Source: Scyliorhinus canicula
Lineage: Eukaryota
Direction: 5' to 3'
Length of the DNA stretch: 64,000 nt
Assembly: GCF_902713615.1 (NCBI RefSeq)
Contig: NC_052147.1
Coordinates: 239,912,886-239,976,885, forward strand
A model generated the notes under the pieces. It did not search any database. It saw only the letters and a list, made by a program, of their open reading frames with translations, and had not been told where the DNA came from. Shown one piece after another: positions 25,501-38,310 of the stretch. The translations under genes and the position numbers were made by a program. Positions within the stretch are counted from its first letter, which is position 1. The number at the start of each line of letters is the position of its first letter.

Positions 25501-28099
25501 AGCTAGCCTTGAACGATATCACCTCACCCCTCACCACCATCTTTAGAGCCTCCCAGACAACTGCCTTCAACACCTCACCCATGTAGTTGGAACCTACGTA
25601 TTCCTCGATTACTTTTTCAATTTTGTCACAGAATCCTCAGTTCCCCAACAGTCCCACATCTAGTTTCCACCCTGGTCTCTGTACCACCCCCTTCTCCAGT
25701 ACCATATCCACCCAATGCGGAGCATGATCTGATATTGCAATTGCCAGGTACTTCGACCCCATAACGCCAGTCAGCAGCGCTTTCTCCACCAAGTAAAAGT
25801 CGATCCGCGAGTATACCTTATGGACCGCTGAGAAAAACTAGTACTCCAACCTCCAAGGGTCCACCCCTCCCATTTCCACCATTAACCCAGCCAGCGCCCC
25901 CCCCCCCCCCCCCCCCAACAGGACTAGCGAGCGCAGCCATGACCTGTCCAATTTTGGCTCCTGCACCAAGTTCTAGGCCCCCCCCCCGCTATCAGTTTGT
26001 GAGTCTAAGTCGTGGTGGCCCCACACACCTTCGTGAATCCTACATCGTCCCAATTGGGACTATGTACACTTGCCAGTGCCACCACTCTCCCTTCCACGCC
26101 CCTGTCACAATCACATATATGTCTTTTTTTTTAATTTCGAGTACCCAATTATTATTTTTTCCAATTAAGGGGCAATTTAGCGTGGCCAATCCACCTAACC
26201 TGCACATCTCTGGGCTGTGGGGGTGAAACCTACGCAGACATGGGAGAGTGTGCAAACTCCACTCGGAGAGTGACCCAGGGCCGGAATTCGAACCCGGGTC
26301 CTCAGCACCACAGTCCCAGTGCTAACCACTGTGCCACATCACAATCACATACCGAACCTCCTGATTTGCCACCACCTTCTCCATCTGGAAGTGTACCCTT
26401 TTGCTGACCACTACTGCTACCCCGCAAGCCCTTCCGTCAAATCCAGAGTGAAACACCTGACTAACCCAGCCCTTTTTAACTCTACCACGTCCTCTCCCAC
26501 CCAGTCCGGGAAGAAAAAGAAAAACAATCTAACCCATACAATTCAATTCAATAACATATAACCGTTGCAACAACAAAAAAAGGAAACAAAAATGCCAATC
26601 AAACAAAACACAAACTTAAACTCTATAACAACGTGAAGTCAAGTAAGTTACAATGCAGGTCAATAAAAAGAAAGTTATAACATTTCTACATTTTCCAGCT
26701 CCCCAATCACTGTCCATGATCTCTCTTCCAGCTCCAATCCTCACTTCTGTCGCATGCCTTCTGCCTTCATGAACGCCTCAACCGCCTCCACAGTTTCAAA
26801 TAAAAATCTTTGGTGTTGTATATCACCCTCAGCTTTGCCGGGTATACCATACCAAATTGCAGTCCTTGTTGTACAGTGCAGCCTTCACTCGGCTGAACGC
26901 TGCTCGTCTCTTTGCCAACTCCGCCATCAAGTCCTGGTAAATCCGAACTCTAGCACCACCCCACTACACCTCCTGCTTCTGCTTCGCCCAGCTTAACACC
27001 ACCTCCTTCATGTGGTCTTTATGGAAGTAGATAATTACTGCTCTTGGCGGCTCATTTACTTTGGGTTTCGGCCTTAACGACCGATGAGTTTGGTCTAGTT
27101 CATACTGGAAGGGATCTTCACCCCCCCCCAATCAACTCCGCCAGCATCTAGTGAAGCATTCTGTTAGCCTTGAGCCCTCTGACCCTTCGGCCAAGCTCAC
27201 AATTCTCAGATTTTGCCGCCTTGAGCAGTTCTCCAAGTCCTCGAGCTTTGCTCGGAGTCCTCTGATGACCTCCACCACCCTCCACAGCTCGTCCCCTATC
27301 GAGGTGAGCTGGCCGCTGTGCTGCGACACAGCCTCCTCCACTTCCTTCATTGTTTAACCTAGTTCTCTCACCTCAGCCGATGTCTTTGCCATAGCTACCC
27401 TTACCGGGGCGATTGCCTCCTCCACCAATGATTTCAGTGCGACCGCCATCTCCTTCCTCAACGTCTCCATGTGCCTCGCAAGCTGTTTCTCCAGCTCCAC
27501 AGCCATCACCTCGGTCACCTTTTCCACCGTAAGTAGTGCAGTCCCACCACACGGTCTGGCATCCGCCATCTTGTCAGCGCTTTTGCTGGTCCTCTCATTT
27601 GACGGCGAAACAGTGTTTCCTCCCTTCTTCACAGCTGTTTTTGGCATTCTTTAACGGCTTATTATTTTCCCCTTCTTTCTTCAATCTTAAAATAAATAAA
27701 TAACAATAAAATATTTTTTTAAATTAAAATAAAAAAAATAAAGAAATCTCTTTCCCCCGGGACCGGACTTCAAACTTCTCAAACATCCATTTTCAGCGGG
27801 GGCCACCTGATGTGCTCTGCTCCCCCTCTACATTGCGTCCTGAATTCAACTGCCTCGCCTCGTGTCAAGCTCCTCCCCTACTGCTTATTTCTGGCTCGAT
27901 GCCCCCTACTCCTCCGGCCGCCGGACACTCCCACGGGGCTCCTCACCGGCTCCGACTGGCCCGACCCGTGCCCGTCCCTCAGGTTCCAAAGGTCGAAGAA
28001 AGATTTTTTTTAAAACAACGGGGTAACCCCCGAAAAGCATATCGCGGAATTGCGGGAATCTCTTCTCAACGCGACTGCTCGCAAGCGCCACCAGAAGTC
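22537..28099 (-). mobile_element. L1 LINE, end-to-end with internal deletions
   Basis: Perfect 17-bp TSD gacatgcatttggttat (22520-22536 and 28100-28116). 5' end GACTTCTGG, poly-T 3' end. ORF1 27132-27647 (LENCSRRQNLRIV). ORF2 pieces RPISLLNVDPKILAKVLA, GTRQGCP, GGLGLPK. The ORF2 start is deleted. Confidence 0.95.
26118..26338 (-). mobile_element. Short V-SINE with A-rich tail inside the L1
   Basis: 13-bp TSD tcacaatcacata (26105-26117 and 26339-26351). tRNA head plus V-domain. Confidence 0.88.
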
Positions 28100-28299
28100 G
28101 ACATGCATTTGGTTATATGGAAATTCCAACAAATTGGAAGGTCTATCATTAGAATTAATGTGTATTTTGAATTTGTACATGGGATTTGAAAATGTTATAG
28201 TAGGTAATGCAAAATTTAATTTAGTCCTACTCTACAATTGCAACATTAATATCAGAGTCACATGTAGTGCCGAAGACTTGTGCTGTAAAACTAGCTGTG

Positions 28300-29360
28300 C
28301 TACAACACCAGTATCTAACCAACAAAGTGAAAAAATGCCCAGATATATCAAAATTCAGAACAAATCCAATTTGGTCAATTGCTGCCTTTTCAGTTTGCTC
28401 TTGATCATCAGCAAACTGATGCAATGGGTCATCTATTAAACACCATTGCAACCAATAACCTGCTCGCTAGTGCTCAGTTTAGGTTTTGCTAAAGCCACTT
28501 CATTCCAGTCTTCATTACAACTTAAAGCCTAACATGGATATAAGTGCTGAATTCTAGAGGTGAGGCACAAATGATTTCCCTTGACATCAAAGCAGCTCTT
28601 GTTTGAATGTGGGTTCAAGGAGTCCATTAGCATTAAAATGGTTAATATGGTAATAAGGGACAATCTTTCCGCTGGTTGAAATCATACCTAGCACAAATGA
28701 AGATGATTGTGGGTGTTGAGGCTAATCGTCTCAAACAAGAGTTCCTCTGGGCAGTGTCCTTTGCAGAACCATCTTTAGTTCCTTGATCAATGACCATCCC
28801 TCTATCATATGATCAGAAGTGATGATATTCCCTGATGATTGCACAGTGTCCACCTCAATTCATAACTGATCCAATAATGAAGCAGCCTAAGCTCACATAT
28901 AAGAAAGTCATGGGCAGCATGTAGATTTCGTTTAAGAGTGCTAAGTAACATTTTTATCAAGTGATAACCATTTATAACAAAAACCATCTCTTGGCATTGA
29001 GTGGCAGCAACATCATCAAATTGACCAGAAACTACACATGACCAGTCGCATAAATATTGCAGCTATAAGAACAAGTTAAAGGTTAAGAACAAGTTAAAGG
29101 TTAGCAGATAACTTGACTCCCCAAAGCTCGCAGCAGCCATCGACAAGGCATAAGTCAGCAGTGTGATGGAATACTTTTCACTTGCCTGAATGATTACAAC
29201 TGCTATTGCACTCGAGAAGCTCAACACAATCCAGGACAAAGCAGCCTGCTTGATTGTCAGCCCATCCACCAGTTTAAATATTTAGGCTTTCCCTACCACC
29301 ATTGCGTCATACCTGCAACGTGTGCCATCCGCAAGATGTTCTGCAGTATTTCATCAAGAT
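28300..29360 (+). mobile_element. Old CR1-clade LINE RT fragment
   Basis: Degenerate RT motifs (LDIKAA, gttcctctgggcagtgtcctt, INDHPSII...DDCTV). Confidence 0.7.
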
Positions 29361-29565
29361 TTCCTCAGGCTGCAGATTTCCTTCCCCAAAGAACATTGGT
29401 GAACCATGTGGGTTTTTACAACAATTGATGAGTCGGTGGCCACCATTAGAGACACACTAAATTGCCCCTTAATTGGAAAAATGAATTGGGTACTCTAAAT
29501 TTATAAAATAAAAATATATGTGAATAGGAGGAAGAGATTAGTGAAAACAAACTTGAGCCAATTAA

Positions 29566-30579
29566 AGCCAGAGAATCCCAGGAGAGGCTTCCCGGCAGCC
29601 TCCATGCCTTGCGGGATTCATCTAAGTCCCACGAGGTTTGGAATCGGAACTCCGCCCAAAATGGGAGGGATCAAATATATCTGTAATGTGTACCATCCAC
29701 AAGATGTGCTCCAGCATTTTATCAAAGACTTCCTCAGGCTGCAGATTTCCTTCGCCAAAGAGCATTAGTGGATCAGTTGGGCTAAAATAAGTCACACACC
29801 TACTGAAGGCGTATCTATCTGGGATCTCCCAGCCTCCCTCGATTCACCGGCCACCCCATGCAGGCTGCAGTTGGGTGCCAATCAATGCTGGTCCACAAGA
29901 GCGTGGACCAGGCGGAACGGCACCCAGGAGCCATTGGGTGGTCAGGATCAGTGCAGGGTGGCCCTATGGCTTTCCCCCTAGAACATAGGTACCTTGTCAC
30001 TGCCCAGCTGGCACCATGACACACACCCTGGCACTGCCAAGGTGCCTGGGTGGCACTGCCAAGCTAGCTGGAGCACTGCCAGGATGCCATGGCGGAAGTG
30101 CAAGGGTGCCAGGGTGGTACTGTCATGGGTCAGGGTCCAAGGGGGGGGGGGGGGGGGCAGGCCCTTGAAAGGAGGTTGGAAGAGGGGTTAGAAGGGTGGG
30201 AGTATGCAGGGCAGGTACTTAGGGGCCTCCGCGAGATGGAGGGCTGACTGGGATGGGGGTTGTGCTGTAAGGGTGCTTGGGGATGTCCTCATTTCGGGGA
30301 TGTGGTGTAGTGCCCATGTGTGTGGAGTGACATTTCCAATGGGTGGGAGGTGTGGGGAACCCACAAGCTCACTTAGAGATTTTGGCACTCTTTCAAAATG
30401 GCTTGTTCAGCCCCCAATGCTGAAAACATTCTAAATGTGGGCTCAACAGGTAAGAACACCCCAGGGTCCAAAAAACTGTTATTGAATAGCGGTATGGAAT
30501 TTGCCAGCTTAGCCAGCAGGAAATTCCCTGAAAAACACACCACAAATGAACTTAGACATTTTTCTGGAGAATCTCACCC
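29566..30579. mobile_element. Large GC-rich MITE (Harbinger-like)
   Basis: Right TIR ggagaatctcaccc. Internal GGCACTGCC repeats are shared with 31277-32186. Confidence 0.65.
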
Positions 30580-30599
30580 TTTGCTTCTATTTTCACTGT

Positions 30600-32710
30600 A
30601 GATGGTGAAAGAAATCTGAAAATAATGTAGAACCAAGGTTCTAGAGAGGATGAGGGACATTTAAAAACATCAGTTGGAAAGAAATAGTACAAGAGAAATT
30701 AAGGTCATTTTGGCTAAAATGAGCAGAAGGCAAAATGCTAGAATATAATATTAGACAAGTGATAACTGAGCACCCAGATTTTCAAGAATTTAACTAGTAG
30801 TATATGTAAGAAGAAACCAGTGGATGTGGTGTATTTGGATTTTCAAGAAGCACTCAAAGTGACACACAAGAAATTATTTCACAAAATTGAGACTTATAGG
30901 ATTCGGGTACAATAAATTATGCTGTTGATATGAAATTAGGTGGGAACATAAGCAGTGAGAAGGTTGCAAAGGGACTGCAAATGGATATCGATATGTTGGG
31001 TGAGGGGCAAGAATATGAAGATGGAATGCAATATGATGAAGCGTGAAGCTATCCATTTTGATCAGAAAATAAAATATTTTTTCAGTTATGAAAGATTGAT
31101 AAATGGATCTGTATGTCCTTGTATACGAGTCTCAGAAAGTTACCATGCAGGCAAGCAACTAGGAAGGCAAATGGCATCTTCGCTTTTGTTACAAAGGCAT
31201 TGGTGTACAAGAGTGAAAACATCTTACCGCAATTATACAGGATATTGGTAAGGCTACACCTGGAGTACTAGTTTTAGAGCGCGATCTACCAGTTGCATTG
31301 CGCCCCAACCAGCAACGCCTCCCATGGGCTTCCCGACAGCTAATACGTCTCACGAGACCTATCCAGGTCTCGGTAGGCAATGCAAACAGGATCCCGCCCA
31401 CAATGAGTGGGACCAAGCCTCGCACTCGCAAGAAGTTTTAAAACCCACTTAGACGTGCTGACCTGGGATTTACCGGCCTCCCCAAGGAGATCCCAGCCGG
31501 GCATTGTTCAGTACTGGTCCAGGCTGAATGGCACCTGGGGGGAGTCACCCAGGGCAACAGAGGCCCCTGAGTGCTCGGAGACCAGGCAGGGTGGCTACTG
31601 GCCCACCCCCTGGAACATGGGCACTTTGGCACTGCCACCCTGGCACTGCCAAGATGCCCAGGTGGCACTGCAAAGCCAACATGAACACTGCCAGGTTGGC
31701 ACTGACCAGATCGCCCTGCCAAGGGGCCAGGACCTGAGGGGGGGCCATGAAAGGAGGGAGGAGGATTTGAAGGGTGAGGGGGTGCATGGCGGGTATGAAG
31801 GGAAGCTGGGGGGGATGAAGTGGGGCGTGGGAACGCCTGAAAGGGGGGGCCTTTAGCGACCCCATAGCAGGGTGTCATCACTTGGGGGGGAAGAGGGGTA
31901 ATGTCCATGTGTGATGGGGGTGACATTGCCCATGTGTGGGGGACCCACAAACCCACTTGGAGATCGGGGCACCCTTTTAAAATGGTGTCCCGATCTCTGA
32001 AGGGCTGGTCTGGCCATTGAGGTCAGCTCCCCAGTGATGAAAATACTTTGAGGTGTGGTCTTGCCTTCCTCCCTTGGTCCCAAAAAAGTGAGGCTAGGTA
32101 GTGATGGGGAACTAGCCGACATAGCCGGGAGCCAATAAAAACCTGCCATAAATGACACTTGAAAAGCTTTCCGTTAGGTCGAGCCCTTAGTCTTCTTACC
32201 AGAGGAAAGTCACATTCGCACTTGAGGGAAGGCGGTGAAGATTAACTAGACTGGCTCCTGGCATGAGATGAATGTCCTCTAAGTAGACGAGGCCTATATT
32301 TCCAGAGTTTACAAGAATAAAAGGCGATCTAATTGAAAAATGTAAAATATTGAGGGGTTCGATGGGGTAGATGTTGAGAAAATGTTTCCCTTGTCTAGGT
32401 AATCGATAACCACACAGGGTCAAAATATGGGCTCATCCATTTAGGACTAAAGTGAGGAGAAGTATCTGCACTCAAAAGGACTGTGAATCTTTAAAATTCT
32501 CTAACCTTAAAAAGCCGTGGATGATCAGTCATTGAGTGCAGGTATATTCAAGACGAAGGTGAATAAGATCTCGGAGTACTATAGGAATTAAAGGATATGA
32601 GGATAGTGCATGAAGATCCAGTTGAAGTAGAAGTTCCGGCATTATCGTGTTGAAAAACAGAACCGGGTTAAAGGACCTAACAGCCTGCTCCAACTATTTC
32701 TTATGTTCTT
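30600..32710 (+). mobile_element. CR1 relic interrupted by the MITE at 31277-32186
   Basis: PVDVVYLDFQ and LVRLHLEY motifs. CR1 tail ttcttatgttctta near 32700. Confidence 0.75.
31277..32186. mobile_element. Large GC-rich MITE (Harbinger-like)
   Basis: TIRs gagcgcgatcta and taggtcgagccc. 3-bp TSD TTA on both sides. Confidence 0.8.
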
Positions 32711-32934
32711 ACACGTCTTATTTGATATACTTCAGTAATGAAGCTGTATTTAGATTGCCTCAATGTTCAGATATCAGCGGCAAAGATAATTGTAAGTCAA
32801 CTGTGATAAATAACACAGCTTGTTTTCATTGGAGGAGCTTGTTTTCATTGGAGGAAAAGGACAATTTGGGGTGGTGTAGTCCATGTATTGAAAACGCTGA
32901 GAGGAATAAATTTAAACAGGTTACTTAGCATAGA

Positions 32935-33622
32935 GGGTGGGATTCTCCGGCCTCCCAGCTGCATGTTTCTTGGTGGCACGAGGTGGCAAGCAGTCCGCTG
33001 GCAGTGGGATTCTTGCTTTGGTAACTGATGTGAAACCCGCTCCCGCCCGACATTGTTAACACTCATGCACTAGACGGATTCTGAGGCATTGCAAGGGGGT
33101 TGTGGGGGGGCTCTGGGGTCTGAATTCAATGGATCAAATCCCCGCCAGCAACCTGTCCCGCCAAACCTATTCATTCACCTATTAAGGCCTTATTCAGCCC
33201 AACCTCCATTTTTAGGCTGGTGGGAGAAGGTGCAGGTAGAGTTGAAAAGTGCCATTTCCCTGACTCTGAATCTCTGAAGGTCGATGGGAGTTGTGGGTTA
33301 GGCACCTCACTGAAGGCCCCCTCATTTGGGTTCCCTCCCCCTCGGGATGCTGGAGCTCTGGCACCATTCCCTTGCCCCCAGCACCTCTCCTGCCCCTGTC
33401 CCAACCACACCAGCCATTCCCTACCCTACCAAATGTTTCCCCCCTCCCTCTGATTGACCGACAGCTCTCATGATCAGGACGTCCTTCCCAGGGGAGACTC
33501 GAGTCCCGCCTACTAGCAATCAGCGCTCAAATGAGCGTCCAAAGGCAGTGGGAGTTGGTGGCCTTGTGTTAGGCGCTGACTCACTCCATCCTTAAAATTC
33601 TGCCCTCCTTAAAATTCTACCC
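32935..33622. mobile_element. MITE (Harbinger-like), possibly composite
   Basis: Left end gggtgggattctcc. Right end aaaattctgccc is tandemly duplicated (33590-33622). Confidence 0.6.
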
Positions 33623-35289
33623 TAGGTTTCCAGGACAGCAATTAACACGAAGCTGAATATCTGATAATAAATTAAATTAATGATTAAATGTATTAGATTT
33701 ATAACATGTTCAAAATAATGTTTCCTTAGCTGCAGGATTCATAAAAATGTCATGGCAAAAAATGGGAACAATCAAAAGTGAATAATTTAAAATGATGTCA
33801 CATTTCACCAATTTTACTGTTCTGCCGCTAGGATTATTTTTTTGTTTTGGGGATTGGGGCCAACCTGGGAAAGGGACTTCAGATAACCTTCCATCAAGTT
33901 GAGTAAAATCTGTCATAAGAAAAATTATATGTTGCCTTAAATAAATTACTTTTAGAAAAATTATCTTCTGTGTTTGTCCTGCTCTTGAAATATTTGTTGC
34001 ATGTCTTGAGAAGTGGTCTGAAGGGAAGTTCAGATATCAAGGTTGCCTCAATCCGAAACATCATGCTGCTCACTTTTAAGAGTATTGTGAATCGTCAATT
34101 ATTATGTCTACTTATGATTAAAGTTTAAATTAGATTGCATCAGAAAGAGCTTTTTTGTTTTTTATATTGGGAATGTTTGATACAGCTATCTTAACTCACA
34201 TACAATATTCACTGCACTGGTAATCAGAATAATAAACCATCCTGTTTTACAGAATAATAAAACAGATCAGAAATGCCAATTTTAAAATTCGAACTATATG
34301 CTTAAAATGAATAATGACCTTGTACAACAAACTTACAAATTAAGCAATTTAAATAATTAACTAATTGCAGATTAAACTCCATATTATTGACATTTTTGGA
34401 TCTATGAACGAATTTAGCTGTCTAGCCTGCTCTTGTCAGCCCTGCAGACGGAATTGAATACAATTGAGAGCGATGAACTATTCGTGCTGGCTACAAGAGT
34501 GTTTGGTTTAAAATGGTATTGATGGGTTTCTATTCAATAGGAATAGCAGGAGGAAAGGAAATAGCATACATCTTACCTAATCATAGTAATGACACTTCTG
34601 TACGAACAAATATGAATATGAAGACTTTGATCAGTGCATTTGCAAAAATCAATCTCTTGCTTTATTAAACTACAGTAGACAATGCGAATAATCTCACTAA
34701 CATGAAATAGCTTGTTTCTGCATAAGAAGTAGCTGTTTCATATTTCTGATAGAGAAGACTGTTTTACCTTGAGGTATTTGCATATCAAAGAATTTTACCA
34801 AACTAGTCAGACGATTTCCCCCACCACCCTGTTCTCTGAGAAATAGGTTCACTCAGCAGAAGATTTTTTTTTCTGCAAGGAGCAGTATTGTTAAAACAGT
34901 ATTACCAGTGATTGTAGTATAAACTTCTGCCATATATAAATTAAGTTTTGACAAGAAAGCAATAACATGCTTCATTGCATCCTTTATACAGGGTTGCTAC
35001 TAAAATCCATTTTCCAATTTTTGTACCAGCTAGATTTGATTTGAAATAAAATGCTTTTCTATCAACATAAACTAAAATAAGTCTTAGACTACACTAACCC
35101 TCATTTTTTTGCATTCACATTGTTTTTGATAAGAACATTTCTTTATGTTTCGATTTTTATTTGAAACACACACCTTTCCTGTTTCACAAGCTTCTTACAG
35201 TCTTTAATAACTTTTTATACACTATCATTCCATAAGATTTCCTCTGTTTCTATGTGTGATTTTGCCTACATTCCAAAAAAACCTAACTC

Positions 35290-35725
35290 AACCAGGGATG
35301 GCAGAACTGTTCAATTCTGATAGATTGAGGAGACTGGGCCTATATTCTCTCGGTTTTTTAAGAGTGAGGGGTTATCTCATTGAAACATACAAAATTCTTA
35401 ACGGGTTAGACACGGTAGATGCAGAAAGGATGTTTCCCCTGGCTAGAGTTAGTACACGGACAAGCCATTTAGGACTGAGATGAGGAGGAAATCCTTCACT
35501 CTTAGGGCAGTGAATCATTGGAATTCTCCATCAAGAGGGCCGTCGAAGCTCAGTCAATGAGTATGTTCAAGCCAGAAATAGATAGGTTTCTAGATGATAA
35601 TGATGTCAAGGGATATGGGAATAGTGCATAAAAATGGCACCGAGGGTAGATGATCAATCGTGATCTGGTTGAGTGATGGAGCAGGCCCGAAAGGCTGAAT
35701 GGCCCACTCCTGCCCCTATTACCCT
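35290..35725 (+). mobile_element. CR1 3' fragment
   Basis: RLRRLGLYSL...RGYLIETYKILNGLD and tail ggctgaatggcccactcctgc. Confidence 0.85.
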
Positions 35726-35977
35726 GAATTTCAAATGGTCTATAATTCTGTTCCAGTTTGCAGGAGCATTTACCTAACACCACATAGGAACACCCTTGTG
35801 ATGAGATCCATTTTACTCAAATATTTTCATGTCTGCATTTCGTGGCTTCATGAGTTAAATTTCATAAGCTGCAACCAAAAAGACCGTTGAGCATAAACTT
35901 TCTACCTGTCAGAAAGACAGCAAAATCTGTGTATTTTAGAATCAAACTGTTGCACTTGGAATCAAGTTTTAACACCC

Positions 35978-36166
35978 TAAGGGCAGTACGGTGGTTAGTA
36001 CTGCTGTTTCACCCACCGAGGTCCCAGGTTAGATCCTGGAGTTTGGACATCCTCCCCGTGTTTGTGTGGGTTTCACCCCCAAAACCCAAAGATGTGCAGG
36101 TTAAACGCTAAGTTGCCCCTTAATTGGAAAAAATGAATTTAGCACTCTTAAATTTATCTTTAAAAA
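35978..36166 (+). mobile_element. Short V-SINE with A-rich tail
   Basis: 14-bp TSD aagttttaacaccc (35964-35977 and 36167-36180). Confidence 0.82.
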
Positions 36167-36365
36167 AAGTTTTAACACCCCGAATTTATCATTCTTTGAT
36201 AGCTTCAATTAATATTTTAAGTCTGTGTTATGGGAACAAATCCTTATTATGTAATGTCAGATTATTATGCAGTTAAATTCCGTGATCTCAAGCATCCAAC
36301 ATCGTGATGTGCTTGAAAGGAGCACAGGACAGATAAGACAGCATTTTAAATAACTTGTACACATC

Positions 36366-36535
36366 GGGCTGAATTCTCCACCGTCAGGATGCTCCATTTT
36401 GCCGGCAGCCTGGGGGTTTCCCTACAGCGTGGGGCTGCCCCACAATGGGAAACCCCATTGAATAGCCGGCAAAATGTAGAATCCCAATGGCGTGCTGAGC
36501 CAGAAATCTGGTGTGGCGGGACAGAGAAACACGCC
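36366..36535. mobile_element. Short MITE (Harbinger-like)
   Basis: TIRs gggctgaattctc and gagaaacacgcc. 3-bp TSD ATC. Confidence 0.8.
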
Positions 36536-36811
36536 ATCATCTCTAACTTTCCTTTACTTCCCCCGAAACAGGCCCAATGCAAAGTCTCTCATCAAGACTA
36601 AATCAGAATTATCCTTGCTTCTGTCCTCTAAGAACACACCCTTCCTGTGCAGTTTAACACCAGGAGCATGATTTTACTCTTAGTGTTATAAAATCTAAAG
36701 AATGTTCTAACTCATTACAGGGAATAATAATTATCTTCACTTTTTAACCATTTGTTGTTTGAGTTAATTATAAATATTTGCTCAGGATTTCACTTTCCTT
36801 TTTTTTTACAG

Positions 36812-36971
36812 GATTTGTGGGATTATTTAATCTCCTGCTGCTATGGCCTGGGTTTTTCTTGCTTCACTACACAGGCTTTGAAGCTTTTGAATTTCCAACC
36901 AAAACTGTGTGGATGTACATCCTTATTAATGGGCTCATAGGAACAGTGCTGTCTGAATTTCTCTGGCTGTG
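36812..36971 (+). CDS. SLC35F5: SLC35F5 coding exon
   Basis: Polypyrimidine tract then acag|, donor TG|gtatga. Encodes [53 protein letters not shown](W). 160 nt, phase 1-2, in frame with the previous exon. Confidence 0.95.
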
Positions 36972-37235
36972 GTATGATTTTGTTACAATTTATTTCTGAA
37001 ATGTGTAGACATGTTTACTTAAAATGAAAACCATTACATATACAAAATCTGTCATTGCTAATTTACCAATCACTCAAGTGTTTACAAACATCCCCACAAA
37101 AGTTCAAATTTATTAAGCAGGTAGAAGTGTCATGTTTAAAATGCAACAATGCTTTATTGTTTCCCTGAAGATGATCATAAAAGCAGTTGATGAATTTTAC
37201 ATCATTATACTGTTATTGTTGGCTGACATCTGCTG

Positions 37236-38226
37236 TGTTATGGGTTTGTCTGTTGTCTCATTGATGAGATCTTGAGATTTGTATGTTTAAACATGAACTA
37301 TTTATTGGTAATCCTTAGCTATGTACAGATCTGAGTTGCCTGCCGCTGCCTCCATGCAGGTTCCATCTAGACTGTTCTCAAGTCCATTACCATTTGACTA
37401 TAATCATACCATGGGGGGTGCTATTCTCCAGTCCCACACTAACCCTTGCTGCGCTGAGCACCTTTTATATTACAATGGCATGCAGGTAAACACAACAACA
37501 TTCCCCTTTCCATCAGTAAAAATACCTTCCTCCCTTCTAATGGAGTCTATTTACAATACAATCTTCACTTGCTATCCCTTTTCTACCACCTTATGTCTCT
37601 GACTTTATAAACTCAGGTGGTCTTGAGGTTTAACAGTTTTTCCACGTCTTGTTCTGTCTTGTTTGGAGGAATGATAGTCATACTCTGTGTTTCTGGTACT
37701 TTATTTTTTCCATTTGTTTTGCTTTTGCTGCTCCTTCGAGTTGTGCTTCTCTTCATTAACCACTCGTCTGCTTTTCTCAGACACTGTGGATTTACCCCAT
37801 TCCTCCCAAAGGCACTGTGTACTCCATTTGTTCCTGGACTGGATTTGAATGTTCTTTTTTTGTAGTGTGCACCATGTTCCTGCTGGCAATTGACATTTTG
37901 CAAATAGAACCTTCATTTCCAACTGTTTCACAATTTCAGCCAAACATTTGTTTGCTGTTTTATTTTCACATTGTTTTCCAAGCTTCTAAATATTTTCATT
38001 CAGCTCATTGTTGCAGGAACCATTTATTGGTAATCCTTAATGATGTACAGATCTCAGTTACTGCCATCCTGGTGCTGCCTCCATGCAGGTTCCTCCTAGA
38101 CTGTTCTTTGTGTCTAGTACGATGTGTCTCTATAATTCACACAATAGATGGTGCTATTCTCCAGTCCCACATTAACCCTTGCTCTGACGAGCCATTTACA
38201 TCACAGTGGCATGCTGGCACACACAA
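37236..38226 (-). mobile_element. Internally deleted Gypsy-like LTR retrotransposon relic
   Basis: 3' LTR at 37236-37500 (TGTTG...TAACA on the minus strand, with TATAAAAG and AATAAA), preceded by the polypurine tract GGAAAGGGGAA. A diverged second LTR copy lies at about 38010-38226. An integrase-tail-like RRGKTVKPQDHLSL* precedes the PPT. Confidence 0.65.
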
Positions 38227-38310
38227 TGTGTCTCACCCTCACAACCCAAACATGTGCAGGGTAGGTGGATTGGCCACGATAAATTGCCCCTTTAATTGGA
38301 AAAAAATAAA

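Noticed and set aside
29066-29102. Short tandem duplications (also near 16047, 17855 and 33590)
   Set aside because: Ordinary slippage-type micro-duplications.
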